Assembly: GCA_002633005.1 (NCBI GenBank)
Contig: NMRA01000158.1
Span: 122,229-186,228, forward strand
Source: Phoronis australis
Lineage: Eukaryota; Animalia; Phoronida
DNA length: 64,000 nt
Direction: 5' to 3'
In this document: positions 24,952 to 38,499 of the stretch, piece after piece
Position numbering within the stretch: position 1 is the stretch's first letter
Layout of the letters: every line of letters starts with the position of its first letter
Made by a program: the position numbers and the translations under genes
The notes under the pieces: generated by a model
Databases searched by the model: none
What the model was told of the DNA's origin: nothing
Seen by the model: the letters and a program-made list of their open reading frames with translations, nothing else

Positions 24952-27900
24952 AAGCTGGGTCGATATTTGGGACACTTTCAAGTAAATGGGCACAGACACA
25001 AATGCTTGAATCTAGAACGTCTTTAAGATGTGAATTTTCGAAAGAAAGATCTACTAATTTTTCTATTTTATTTTAAAACAAAGTTTGTGTGTTGAAAGCT
25101 TACATAATGAACTGTTAATTAATTGATATTAACACCTAGAATATTGGGAGAAGAAAGCTATCTCTGGCCCCAACCTTTCAATTGTTTTTTTTAATACATT
25201 TTATTTCTAAATACAATAATATTTACAAACAATAAGATCTTTGCGAATGAAACACAGGCGCACACACACACGCACACACATATCTAAATTATAGAAATTC
25301 ACGGTTGGTCTAAAATAAATAGGCATTGATGTTTTCCCAAAAGGCAGTTTTGCGGGGCTGTATATTCCTTACTTTACAATAATTATACAAGAAACATTGA
25401 AATTGTGAATATCTAGGAATAATCTGGTTTCTAGAACATTTATGGATGAAATACTGGCAAATAGTTAATATGGTATTGATAACTTCAAAATTACATCCAA
25501 AATATGCTGTCAAAATAACATTTCTATCTAAGATTAAATCGTGTTGTGCAGTTACCTTTCAATTGGTTGAGGGGCACCCCCCCGCTCCTATCTCTTCTTC
25601 AGCAGATCCATTTGATGTTTATTACATTCCTGACCCCCATGAACAAAATCCTACAGGTTCGGTACTTGCCCATTCTCCAATTTTCATCTGTTCAGCTCTT
25701 ATTACTGAGTCTCCCTCTTGCTCATGATGTATTCAAGTTTCTCGTAATTTATATTACCTTTGCTGCCCAAATTTTTTCTTGGTTTACTCTATATTTTGCC
25801 TATGTGTATTTTTCCAACAGTGCTCGTGTTTTTTGTTTTCAATATTTTAAACAAAGACACTTCACTGACAATTTTGAATTTGACAAACTAAGATCGGCCA
25901 TAGTGAATGCCTTGCGTACTTCGTCGGCCCACACACACCCGCTAGGTGTCACAACGGTCCATGACACAATAATGGCGGCGGCCTTGGTGAATAGTCTTGT
26001 TAGCGTCTTTAGTGATAGATTAAACAGCCTCGATTTCACGAGACCTTTAATACATGGTGAAATGGCTTGCAGCCGTGCCAACTGAATCTGAAATTGCGTG
26101 AAGAGGGTTCTTCTATGAGAAGAAGTAAGCACGACCTTATACAAAGGTAAGGTTTGTGATTATTTTAACGATTATTCCTTGTTTATTCTACTGATGCCTG
26201 TTAACTGAGGTACTCGCCGATGTCGACTTCGCGGCAGTGGCCAGATGGGTTAATCTTTGTTTGTTGTGGTGTGTGTAACGATACTTGACGTAGCACTCCG
26301 GATATTTTCGTACACCGAAGCAGTATCATTGTTTGAATGATTTCTAACAGGTTTATCTGTGACACTTACATCAATCAATGCTGAATGTTTATGCTGTCAA
26401 CTCGATATTGGTTAGTGAGTTAAGATTACAATCCAAGCCGAATGGCAAAGGGTACGTGACAAATATCCATTAGACTATTTGTTTACTCCCTATCCCATGT
26501 CTTCCGGAAATGTATCACACGTTGAAATGGAAATCTATCATGTCTGCTTTTATGTGACCTTTGGTTTTTAGGCTTGAGGGCTTGCACCGGGTACAGGAGA
26601 TATGCATCGCTTCACAGCATTTCCACACACCAGCAGTGCTGCATGGCACAATGTACAAGTCAGTGGCCCTGAAGAAATGTGATTCGAAGTACTAAGTTAC
26701 CATAAGACAATGTGCCAGTGGATTGTTTGTGTATGAAGATGAACTCTGTCTGACTGCTACACAAGTCAGTCTCGTTGGGGGAAATGACGTTCAGTGACTG
26801 CATCGACTGTCTTATTATCAGTAGAAAGCCCGTTAATGTTACACTTTGATGATCGAATAAATGTTTCATAAACAGGCAAGTTTGTCACTAATTATTGAAA
26901 CCACTGTATTTCTTCAGTTTTAAAGAACAATACAGTGCAGTTGTGCTTATTCTTCATAAAGCTGAAATGATTACCAAATACGCTTGGAAATTGTCATTTT
27001 CCTGTTGACTTATAGAAATGTGCAGCGATCAAAATAAAGTGTTCCCTTTGTTTGCATTTGATTTTTGTTTGTGTGTGTAATTATGTTTGGAGCTTTCTTA
27101 AGAAGGCCTTTGAACAATTTTAAGTTTTGTGTTAACCTGTCTATGAACAAAAGTTCCACATGCAAGAAAATTATGTTTTCAATTGTAGCTAGCTGGATAA
27201 GAATCTGCTATGCACAAGATTCGAGAATAAGCAATTATCAGTGTATTTAAAAACAAAATGGCAAAGTGAACAACCACATATATACAAAGAAACAACATTG
27301 TTAAAAACAATTGTAATTTTCCCAATGCAACGCAGTCCATAATCAGGCATATCAAGTGCAGAATTTCTGAATTAGGTTCAATTCTCTCGGGTTATTGCTA
27401 AAGGATTGCTTTTCACTTCGTCCAAAGGTAAAATAGACGATCAGGCGGATGGTTTCAGTCGTTTTCTCTCACCTGTAACAGAATAGTCAGAGAAACATTA
27501 GCAAGTTATAAAAGAAAACACAAGAGAAAATTGCTTTTGTAAGGAAGAACATACTTGACGTTTCATCTTCATGTTTACATGGAGAAACTAATAATCTTTG
27601 TACCCAAGTCTTATTTAAGATCTGAATTAAAATATGTGAAACAGGCTAAAAGTGGTTTAACAATGTGTATTTTTCATGACACCTAAAATGTGCTTCTGAT
27701 CTCAACAAGTAAAATTCATTCTAAGTGTCAATTTTTAGTCCAATGCAATGTTACGACATTTACTGAATACTGCTTATTTATGTTAAATCGGTAACCAATC
27801 TGGTAGTCCTGGGGGTGGGGTCCGCTACAAAATAAGGAAACTCACTCATCTAGAGAATTTTATTGGACATAGCATAGCTTTGAATAGAAACTGCTATGAA

Positions 27901-27955
27901 AAGTCACCCTTGACTTCTGCGCGTCACGTACCATACACCTCTTATATTGGGCGCA

Positions 27956-30900
27956 CTGATTCGCCGTAAAATGTAACAATTTCGTAAAATGTAACAACTG
28001 TTACATTTTACGTCATTGTTACATTTTACGTTGCTAAGCCTCTCCTAAAATGTAACAACTTGTTACTTTTTACGTAGTTGTTACATTTCACGTCGAACGC
28101 ACATGCGAGAAATGTACCATTGTTACATTTTACGAAACCCACGTCATATTGCAAAGAAAATGACCACAATCACGAACAAGTGTTATCTGACAGGGCTGGG
28201 GGGTACTGGAGTATTTTTAGACGAGGAGTGCCGCCCGAAAATTTTGAATACCTACCCGTTTAGAGAGTGGGCTCGAACAAAAAAGTGACCCATTTAGAGA
28301 CTAATTTGCGTTAAAATTCACATTTTCGCATGCTTCTGCTCCAGAAATTCAGGAAAGCCGCCTTTTAGATATAGTTTTGTCAAAAATAGCACCATTTTGG
28401 AGAGTATTTTTTCTATGAAAAAACACTCTTTTAGGCTGCACTTTTCGTACACATCTTCTATAGGAATGACACGTGCTGACTCGACATGAATTTGGCTACC
28501 TATTATCATTTTTATTAGTATTACATTACTATCACTATTGTTACTACTATCAATACTATTACTACTATCACTAGTTATCGTTTTCGTTATCGTTATTATT
28601 ATTATTTTCATTGTTATTGTTTTAAAATTCATTTATTGAGGACACAATACATGTTAAGCAAAGTGCTAATACTCATTGTCCTCAAAATCATCTCATTCAT
28701 GGTTCAATATCGTCATCGGGCTTTCCATAGTGGACGGCGAGTGCTGTTCCAAAAGGATTTCAAAGGGGTTCCTATGTTCAGCTTTGATATTGTGAGGCAC
28801 GTCTTGGCAGCTGTGGATGCAGAGTAGGCGTACTTTTTGGAATCGATCAGGCTGAGATTTAAAATCTTGTTTAGGCGTGCACCAACTTCAAAAATTGATT
28901 ATTTCTGAACTATCGGCAAGCACTGTTTTATTTGTTAATATAACTATATCCATCTGTAGTTTGCCAGGAAGAACTGAATTCAGACCGCAATATTGTCTCT
29001 GACTTGTCGAAAACATTCCTTGCCACGATGATGTGTAAGTGCAAAAATTGTGTTAAGATGAACTCTGGAAACAGACATTTTTCGAGAACTAACGACTAGT
29101 CGGCTGCGGTCACCGGGTCATTAGAATGGCTGGTAACGGACATACAAAACACGCAACGATTTTATGTGGAACGGGCCCCAATATTCTTAGAAAAGCACAA
29201 TAATTTAACAGAATGATTTGAACTGGGTTTCACGGAAAGTGGATTGCATGGGATAAAAACCGCCAACGTCGAAGTCAGCAATGATTGCTATGAGCATTCA
29301 ATGCAATGCATCCGTCAAAAGTATTAATATACCAAATTCCCTTATCTGCGAGCTGAAACACAAAAAGTGGCGCCTCATGAGACACGTGACTTCACGTCCA
29401 TTAATAATAGAATTTCAATCTTTGTACCTATTTATATGTAATTCGAACTAACGACCATTGACCAAATAGCAATTTTAATTCATATTTTATCTTAAAAGAT
29501 AGTAGAAAGAGAAAGTGCATGTTTTTACAGTCTGAAAGGCCGACAGTCAGCTTTCTGGACTATTGCCCCTTTAAACTATCGACCTAGAACAGGTTTGAGC
29601 AAAATGATCATGTCCCTTCAGAGTGCAAAACATTTTCTATTTCTCCTGCTAGGCATTCCATTTTTAGGTATACATGTCACGGTTTGACCTGTTGTTATCT
29701 CCACTATTTCACACAAGCTTGACATCATAGGAACAATGATATTTCTTTGGTTACAATGCCGCCACTTTTAAGCTAGTGGCTCGCCCTTCTCAAAGGTGAT
29801 ATTTTGCTGTTGCTTTGGCAAAATCTGTCAACCCGCCGACAAATAGCGTGCTTTTACTTCCTTCCGCCACAATGTCTTTAAGAAATTGTCAGTCGTAACT
29901 AAGGTGGTAGACAGCACCCGCCGGCATCAGAAACTTTGGTTTTGCTCCTTTTGTGTGAAGCAAGGAAATACTTTTGCGAGTTTATAACAATAACGCGAGA
30001 TTATGTGAGTCTTAACTGTAATGTCAAGGGAAGTGGTGCAAAAGGTTGTTGTTTGGCCTTTTGCCCAATACGGTAGCAGAGTCTATTCTGCTATTTTCTT
30101 CGAGTTTTTAGCCGTTTAGTTCGAAAAATCCCAAACACGAATTGCTGTTATGTCAAATGAAATTCAGATTCGCACTACAATACGTTCTATCGCGTTCTGT
30201 ATTAATTTCGTGCCGTGTATTTTAAACGGGCAAAATATATTCTACACCTATAATTATCACCTCAAAAGGCGCTTACTTTCTTCAGTGATCCTTTCTGCTT
30301 CTAAACATAACTTCGATGAAGCATATGTATGGAATTCAGGTGACTTTGGCGAAGAATTGCAACTCCACTTTGTGGTTACTGTTAACTTAGACCACGCGCG
30401 CGATAACCACAAAGTATTTCAACTGAGTCAGGTGAGTATGAGACAAAGGCGAGTGCGAGACTGAGCGAAGCGCGAGACCTGGCGCGTGACAATATATCAT
30501 GAGAAAATATCAAGTAAAATTTGTAAGATTTGTGTCCCTTGAACTTTTTGCTCGTCAACAGGCTTGATTTCACGTAACTTCTTCAAAATGACGCCCAGCG
30601 AGAGAAACTCTAGCGAACCGTGAGGTTTTCATGATATGTTCAAGTTATTTGTAGACTAAATTGTATCCAGAGTCAGGATATGTGTAAATTTTAACTCCAC
30701 GTGCACATATGAATGTTTCATTTGATTTTATTTGCTGTATTTTGAAGTGAGTAACTTTTTATGGGGATACGCTATCGCCCCTGTGTGCCTGAAGCCGGGT
30801 TGCATGAGTTCCAATTTCACAGCTTCACACAACATAACAAGTTCACTTTTTCTTCGTCCATTCACACACAGTTATTCCACCATCCATCTACCATCTCTTA

Positions 30901-31747
30901 AGTTGTGTTAACGTTTTAAGCGTAAAATTCACCATAAGAACTCCAGTAAGATTTAGCGTGTGTAGCAAAGACTCGGAGCAAAACAAGAGCAACATGGCGG
31001 GTTTTGCCCCATTAACGGTGACGTCATATTGACTAACGAGAAACTCGCAAGTGAGCTATTACTGCATTAGCGATGACTCCAAGGCAATAATACACTGGCC
31101 GAAATAAACCAAACTATCTTGGACTAAAACTGGTGTTTTTTCTATCAAATGGCTTCCGAAATTGAATTCTCCATGAAAAAAATTATTGTCGTTCGTTCCT
31201 GAAGAAATACGATAAATATTAGCCAAATACGATATCATTGTTGTTCTTACCAAGGGAAGTGTGTTTACTGTAATGTCGGACACACAATTGGTTTATGAGC
31301 GCCAACAAAAGATTGCAAGAACGCTTTAGCGGTAAAAAACTTGTTACCTGATCCTGTAAACTCTTTTCGTGTGGAGTTGAAACTGTACGCTGTACAATTT
31401 TGACTATACCATAAAACTACTCATGTTAAAAAAACATGAAAAGCACACATCTATATAGTCGACCTGACACATTTTATAGAATTTCATTCACACAATCCGA
31501 GAAAGAAGGCGTAAAGTGTGTCAACGATTTTCCTCCGTGTGACAAATGCCATGCAAACTGATGAAATATGACGTCGCTTCCGTAAAATGTAACAATGCTA
31601 TATTTCTCGCATGTGCATTCGACGTAAATTGTAACAATTTCATAAAATGTAACAACTTGTTACATTTCAGGAGAGGTCTAGCAACGTAAAATGTAACAAT
31701 GACATAAAATGTAACAATTGAAATTGTTACATTTTACGGCGTATCAG
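27956..31747. mobile_element. Unclassified 3.8-kb DNA transposon with ~190-bp TIRs built of AAAATGTAACAA repeats, 4-bp TSD
   Basis: cgca|CTGATTCGCCGTAAAATGTAACAA...TTGTTACATTTTACGGCGTATCAG|cgca. The empty site is seen in copy 1 at ~13605-13625. Confidence 0.8.
28500..28620. repeat. Degenerate (ACT/ATT)n trinucleotide low-complexity tract
   Basis: Runs such as tactatcactattgttactactat...ttattattatt. Confidence 0.7.
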
Positions 31748-33571
31748 CGCACTCCCACCCAGGACAATGTGTGAATATGTGCTGATAGCCTACAAGGCAT
31801 CCGAGTCCCGGGTGAGCTTCTGAAAAGAAACACTTAGTTTCACTCAATAAACCCGTTATTCAGTGGGGTAACTGTTGGGGATAACATCACCGAACGATGT
31901 CGACAGAAACCGATTGCTAAAACTTACCAAGTAACGTTACGTAGTCTCCCAAATGCATATAGAGCACACACGGGGCTTCGGCATCCTCACACTTTTTGTC
32001 AGTTGGTTGACCCTTTTGACCGCAATTCTCCACGAATGTAGTAACCTTAGGTCTTTTGGGAATTTGTGACCACCTGTCGAAGACTTGCACCGGGGAACGC
32101 GACGACGTATTTTCATAACAATTCCGTCTTTTTACCAGCTGTTTACATGCAGACAGCGACGCGCAATTCAATCATCACTAGTACAGAGCGACAAAGCGAG
32201 GACAATTCTCCGAAAGGCCCCATTCCATGTGTGGGAATCAATGCGCATACTTAGTCGGAAGTTCAGCGATCACATCGCAACTACTTGCACACGCCTTCTA
32301 TGCACTGTGCTTGTTTGGGCTTAGCCACGGAATCGAGGTTTCCTTTATTTTGGTTACTTAGATCACTGCCCGTTTTAATAAATTGCAACTATTCAAGCTA
32401 AAAGTGGTCGCCATACTACGTAACAGTAAACAGAAAGGGGTTTCCCAAATTTCAACCAGTCTTCCCGAGTGAAAGATTGCCAGTTGTTGGCCCCTTCACC
32501 CACTTTTTGCTCAGTTTTAGTTTTTATTAAACCTTTACGCTTAAAAGTAGGAAGTTGAAATCTAGCAACAAATTCAGGTACCCTTCAGACACATTGGATT
32601 TGTAAAAAGTCTCGCTAGTCGACATCCACTTTTCACCTGACTTCTGTAATGTGCAGAGTTTTGGAAGTCTGAATGCATTTTGTTTCTCCCCGGTTCACAG
32701 TAACCGCATGTAAATGATGACGTTGACGTGAAAACGTCTGATTTGGTGTATTTTGCTCATTTTCAAGCTAGCCGGTTGTACTTCCGGTATGTGAAAAAGA
32801 TGGAAAATGTATTTTAGAATCAGTTTCATTAGACTTCGTGCAAGGCTTTTGTCCCAGTATACTGTTCTTATTTTCAGGTTTTGTACATCCTATTGAGCAA
32901 GCTGTTGGAGCTGCCAATACCAAAACTGGTGAGTACCACCTGGGTCGTGATCACGCGAAAATCGCATTCGCGCTCTCATTCTAGAGAGCGCCAACATGAA
33001 AAGTCCAGTATTCGAAAACGGGATCCAAGATCTTTGTTTCAATACAAGTTTAAAGCATCTCAATTGGTAAGACGTGTTTTACCATCACAGGAATTTCAGA
33101 TCTCTGCTATTGTTGCATACGTGACCATTGTTCTACCACTGTGTGGCGTCAATTCTGACAGGTTAAACATTTTTCAATCTTCTTATCTAAACTTCCGATT
33201 ATCACTCAATGATGATCTCGAAGCTTAGAAGGTGGCGTTACTGGGACAACTGTCCAAACACTGTTGCCTTAAGCCTTAGAAAAATAGGTTACAGATGGTT
33301 CCGCAAACCGCGTTTATCGCGAGGACAGGCTAGTGAAAGGTAAATGTTTCGCGAGTAAGCACCGGACGTCAAGAGCAAAATGATCATCACTGACGTGAGT
33401 GAACGGAGAGGGTGAAATGTTGAATTATTAGAGAAAAACCACTGTTTCGATCCGTTTCAAAAAGGGCCACGCTAGTGTCTGCACTTTGGAACGCAGCTCT
33501 GTGTATGTCACGTGGAACCCTTAGCCGTGAACGCCCCCGTGTTGGGCACCACCTGAGTCTCCAAAACTCAC

Positions 33572-33747
33572 CTGCTGCATAATTCCAGTTAGCACACGAT
33601 GATTTTGCGCTGTACAAGAATACGGGATGAGATTTTTTTTCCTCCCATGAGCAAGGAGAATGCATTATGTCAACAACTACTACCCATCCGATGTCTCCTG
33701 GGCAACCACCGTAACTCTTGTTAATGAACCAGCGACGGCCATTACTT
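33572..33747 (-). CDS. Exon 4 of secreted PAN-domain protein: SNGRRWFINKSYGGCPGDIGWVVVVD...FLYSAKSSCANWNYAA
   Basis: Acceptor tgtctttcAG and donor G|GTGAGT. Phase 2 in and phase 1 out are consistent with the neighbouring exons. Confidence 0.85.
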
Positions 33748-34554
33748 CTGAAAGACATTGGGCTAGTTAATAAACGTCTACACGTGTGGTATTATTTTTA
33801 ATTGAGTAAGAGTTTGAATCTCTTATGTCGCGCTACAGGTGTGAAATTGCGTCTTTGCTCTGTTTACACACTCAGTATGTCACAAAGATTGTTGATGGCG
33901 ACCTCTGTTGGACTTCTTATAGTGTCGGCGATCATACGATGCATTGAAGGTGATTACTATTTAAAACGATTTATTCTTATTAAAAGACACAGGATCAAAA
34001 TTGGGGCCTCCTATATCGATATAAAGGGTCTCGTCCGAAGGCGGCCGAAGAGCGGGTTTTCCTGTAGCAGGCCCTGCTTGAATTAAAGGTGAACAAACTG
34101 CGAAGCTCTTTGTATTAACATAGGGGGGCGCATTTTTATTAATATTTAAGCGTTGCTCCGAAGATGGCCAAAAAGCAAGGCATTCGTTTTGACTGCCTTT
34201 ATGAAGGTCTCCCAACATTGATATAGGGTTGTCACTGTTTGTCCGCCTTTTATCAGGGCATGTTGGCTTTTACAACGGACCCCTATCTTTCGGTCATCTT
34301 TTGATGGGGTCCTCTACAATAGCATAATTGGCCTTGAATTGAGCGGGGCTTCCTATCACAATTTGCAGGCCTCCGTTCTTCAGCTGCCTTTGGACTGGGC
34401 CCCGCAATCACGCTCTGCATTTTTCTACTTTGCTAAGGTGGAGAGCTTGGGCCCCATACCAAGACAGGAGCTACGAAACAGATAAACAAAAAACAAAGTA
34501 AATGGCAGTTGATATGGGTACAGACCCCCAGGAGTGACTTGGAAACAATTAGTT

Positions 34555-34800
34555 TGATTCTCTAATGTCTGCTGGGAGGCTGTTCCACATGACAGAACAT
34601 GTTTCGTCTACCGTTGACGCATTGGGGGTATACTCGGCATGTAAATAATAGCCAATGTCTTCGAAGTCAAAGACTTCCCGTTACCACATCATGGACCACA
34701 AACGTTATTAAAACCCTCAAACACAAGGTCGTCAGTGTGAGTCCTATCAATTTCAAGTGTTAGTGAGTTTCGGGGTTCTTTGAGCCTTTACAACCTTCCA
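34555..34800 (-). pseudogene. 3' remnant of a CR1/L2-type LINE
   Basis: The minus strand encodes 'WNSLPADIRES', typical of CR1/L2 ORF2 C-termini. The boundaries are approximate. Confidence 0.45.
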
Positions 34801-35884
34801 GTAAGAGTCCTGCCCGTTATGATAAAATGCCGCAAGTCTACGAAACATGTATAAAATTCCGCAAAATTACTTTATCAGTCTGCTGAAAGTTGTCTGGATA
34901 CATTATTGTTTGGATAAATCTGGGAGCATAGTCCAAAATGAAATAAAATTCTTTCAACTCTGTTGCTTTGTCACTAAGTGGTTTTTGATCATGTGTTTAT
35001 TGTTCGCACGCCACACGTCGCATCTGTATCTGATGAAGGTGGAATTCACACACAACATGTGTCGCATGACTTGCTCAAACACTACTGCTTTTTGCTAAAA
35101 TCGAAACTAATATGGCGTTGTGGCGGCTACTTTTCACTACATAGTTCGTTTTGCCGAGCCGTAGCTCTGGTGTTTCTGGGGGGATTTTTTGTGATTTTTC
35201 CTGTGGATGTCTGGTCATTTCACAGGTTGTCGGTTGTGGGCCATTTCTTTTTCTCCAGAACTCGCCGTTCTAGAGTTATTCAAGATTGACTGCTTTCCAA
35301 TTAAGTTAAGTTTTTGTGCCGTATCTTCGGCATCCCTTGACGAATCTCGTTGAAATTTTGTATATACCATGTTCAGTTTCCACATATTAATAACATATGT
35401 CTTTGTATGTACACCATTCTGGCGTATTGCTCATATTCCCGTGCTGTACAGTCCTGTATCGAAGTGCCTCCGCCTTGTGGGATGAGTTTCAAGATTTCAG
35501 CGGGAACTTGGTTTAAGGTATATCTTTATCAGTTTGACAGAGCTAATACAGAAAGAAAGTCGGCAAACCAATGCTTACATAGCCCGGTGCTGTCATCTGT
35601 CTATGTTCATCTGATAAACTCGTGTAATCCAGCACTTATGGTGGGGCCTCCTATATCAATATCGGGGCCCCACTTCTGGGTCCCGAAATTCACTGTCTTG
35701 CCTATTTCATTCAATAAGAATTTAGAATAAGTCATTTTAAATAAGAAGGTGTTAGACACTCAGTGGAAGTCTGTCCTCTTACACACCATACAACTGCGTT
35801 CCTATCTTCTTTTACCAACCTATTTAAAATGTTCATGTTGTAAGAAACCGACGCTAACACAAATTCTACATCATATCTACTCAC

Positions 35885-36048
35885 CCTCCCGCTATAGACA
35901 TGATATTAGCAGTGGCCGTCGGGCTTAAGTCTGTGAAGGGGCTTTTAGTTAGTCTTGCCTTTGAAAGCCAAGTAAGTTTGCTAGAGCTTGTGCCGTTGAA
36001 CATCAAGGAAAGAACTTCTGAGCCAGATGTATAAAACGACAGAGTTAC
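35885..36048 (-). CDS. Exon 3 of secreted PAN-domain protein: VTLSFYTSGSEVLSLMFNGTSSSKLTWLSKARLTKSPFTDLSPTATANIMSIAG(G)
   Basis: Acceptor cacttgttcAG and donor GG|GTGAGT; 164 nt, open in phase 0 to phase 2. This frame is not in the supplied ORF track. Confidence 0.85.
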
Positions 36049-38499
36049 CTGAACAAGTGATCCACAGCGTTAATTTACGTGTGTAACCAAATGACCTTCT
36101 GCGACCACATATTTGAGAGACTGTTTGTCGCTCTTTTTCGTACTCAAAAATAGTTTCGCGCGACTTTTGTTTTGTCAATTCGGGTATAAAATATATGGCG
36201 AATTTCAGGTTGTGCTTTATTGTGTTGTGGATATTTTTTGATTGTGATGAATGAAGTTTCGCCAAAATGCTTCAAATCATCCCTCGGAGTTTTTTTATAT
36301 CTGCGCATGCGCAAATCTCTGTCCTTACAGCAGAGGTATTTGGACAAGAGGCAGCTATAGACCCAATTCCCGCCGACAGGAGGCGCGTTCCAAAACGAGG
36401 CTCGCTACGATAGCTCTGTTCGCTTATCGGCATAGTTGTATTTCAGTCCGCGTTGCTCCGCGAACGGCTAGAAAAAATACGGAAACTCAACTGTCTGCTT
36501 TACAATCCCTAAAGACGTTGAGATTCGGAAGCGTTGGATAGTTGCAATACGCCGCGACAAAGCAAAATATGTTCGTGTAAAATTAATAAATGTTTTCGAA
36601 AAGTTAGATCATATTTTGTCGCATCTTGGTTGCCAAGCATCATAGTAACGACCGGAGAATGGGCAATCCAGGCTGTGTTTTCATAACTACGGGTTGAAAC
36701 GTTATAATTTTTCTTTTCAAAATGGACAGGGCCCTCAATCCCTCGAATTTGGTGCCCAATATCGGCTCTATTCTCCTCTCAAAAATATTGAAATATCACG
36801 CGAAAGTCATCCTAGAGGCATAAAAAATTCCCCTAGTGAAAAATTCTCTCTGAGTTCACATCACCTGTAACCACACAGGTGGCAATTTTTAAGAGCACAA
36901 AAGGCTACTTTAAATTGAGACAGAGGCTATGAGAGCTTGCAACAGGGCGGGGGTGCTGTTGATGGTGATCGGGAAGTAGATTGTTCCCCTCACTCGGCGA
37001 AAAAATTCCCTCTCAGTACGAGGCACTGGCACCTTTCCCATCGGATGAACGAGGCTCCTGGAGAAACATGATAACTATGATTGCTTTGTCCAGTTAACTG
37101 AAATTGAGTTCTAAAGCGAGGTTATGCTTTGGACGAACGAATAAGGTGTTTTAATTTTAAAATTCAATTTGGTCCAGATTGATATTTGACTGCAACCTAC
37201 CAAAAGAAATAGACGTAAGAATTATTACAACCAAGAAAGCAGAATTGATAGTCAAATAATTTTTATTTTCAATTACGAGCCTGTTTTTTTATTTTAATGA
37301 AAATATATTTAATAACGTCAATTATTCTTTCAGATCAATGACAAATCCACTGTTAGTCCCAAGGGGTGCATACCTCACCAGGATCAAGCTATGCTTGATG
37401 TTAATATTCTTGATCAACAACTTAAACCAGATGTGACTAATTGCACATGACAGCCACCACTGTCGAATATGTTTTCAACTCGTCAACAATACGAGCTGAT
37501 GACCTGGTTCGTGTAGAAAGTATTTTGATCAACAATTTACAAGAAAAAACGTAACCCTGCATTTAGCATAATACGTAATCCCTAACACTACGATCGTCGC
37601 AATTTGGTCATATTATTTATGTTTCGAACCTAGTTTTCCGAAAAAATAAACCCTTTCGTCAGACAACTCTTTGGCGCCTTAACTTGTTCTTTAATTTAAT
37701 TTTCTACGTCTCTGTCGTTAATTGTCGACACATTTTAAAATTTAATATCCAGGTTGGACTCGAAAGACCGGCTATTTAACTCACGCAATGTAAATTTCCG
37801 CTTTGCTTATCGCAGTGAGCCTCGCTTTGAATTTTAATGTCCGCCGCGTGAATTGGGTCTATAATCATGGCTTCAGCCAGGCAGGCCTCAAAAGTCGTAC
37901 GTGACTGTCCTTCTCAATCCTTAGTCTTCTATTTGTTTACTGATGTCTCTTATTTAAACCTGTTATCACAATTTCATTCTCCATTTTGAGAATGGCATTA
38001 CTCGTTGAAGAGACTGAAGTAAAAAGCACCTCCGAGGTATAATTTGAAGCTAATTAAATACCCAGAGTTGACCGGATGTCCTTGTCAGTGTGCAAAACTT
38101 AGAACTTTACTTACTGACTTCTTCGCCATCAATTCGTATTGGACAAAATGATGTGTTTGATGTGAAAGTTAAACAATATAGTATTACTTTCTTAACTGAC
38201 GGCGGTTAGAAAATTGTTGCTCTCATCTGGTACTAATTTGTTACCAAATGAGTCGACAACTTAGGTCACAAGTAACGGATACATGGGCCATTTTCAAATT
38301 CGCTATTTTAGGAAACGCTGATACATTCAAAGTTCTTGTATGAGTCGGTAACGGAGCCCTATCACGATGGTTCTAGACCCAAGACAATTTCAATGAACAT
38401 AAGAGGCTTAATTCATTCGATTTTTGTTATCTGAATATAAAGCAATGAATGTACTTTTAAACTCACAAAGTAAATTGCAATAGGTGTTGTTACATATAC

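Larger units (their letters stand above)
20680..26011 (+). mobile_element. P-element-like non-autonomous transposon with degraded THAP-domain coding remnants, 7-bp TSD
   Basis: gtgatag|CAAAGAC...GTCTTTA|gtgatag; copy 1 has a single gtgatag (rc at ~16587-16593). THAP-like remnants 'GAF..AYDCSN..RDL.FF.F.ND' at ~22600-22690 and ~20960-21030. The left-end sequence recurs at ~22445-22560. Confidence 0.6.
20624..32221. mobile_element. ISL2EU-like element copy 2 (inverted relative to copy 1), expanded to 11.6 kb by two nested insertions
   Basis: at|GGGGCTATTCGGA ... TCCGAAAGGCCCC|at. Segments 20624-20679, 26012-27955 and 31748-32221 match copy 1 in reverse complement. Confidence 0.75.

Noticed and set aside
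25546-26144. 179-aa and 101-aa ORFs as host genes
   Set aside because: They straddle the junction between two transposons and show no recognisable motifs.
33387-33571. Read-through of exon 4 as the protein C-terminus (ORF 33387-33758)
   Set aside because: A consensus GTGAGT donor lies at 33571, and the exon at 19441-19395 gives an in-phase, more natural domain ending.
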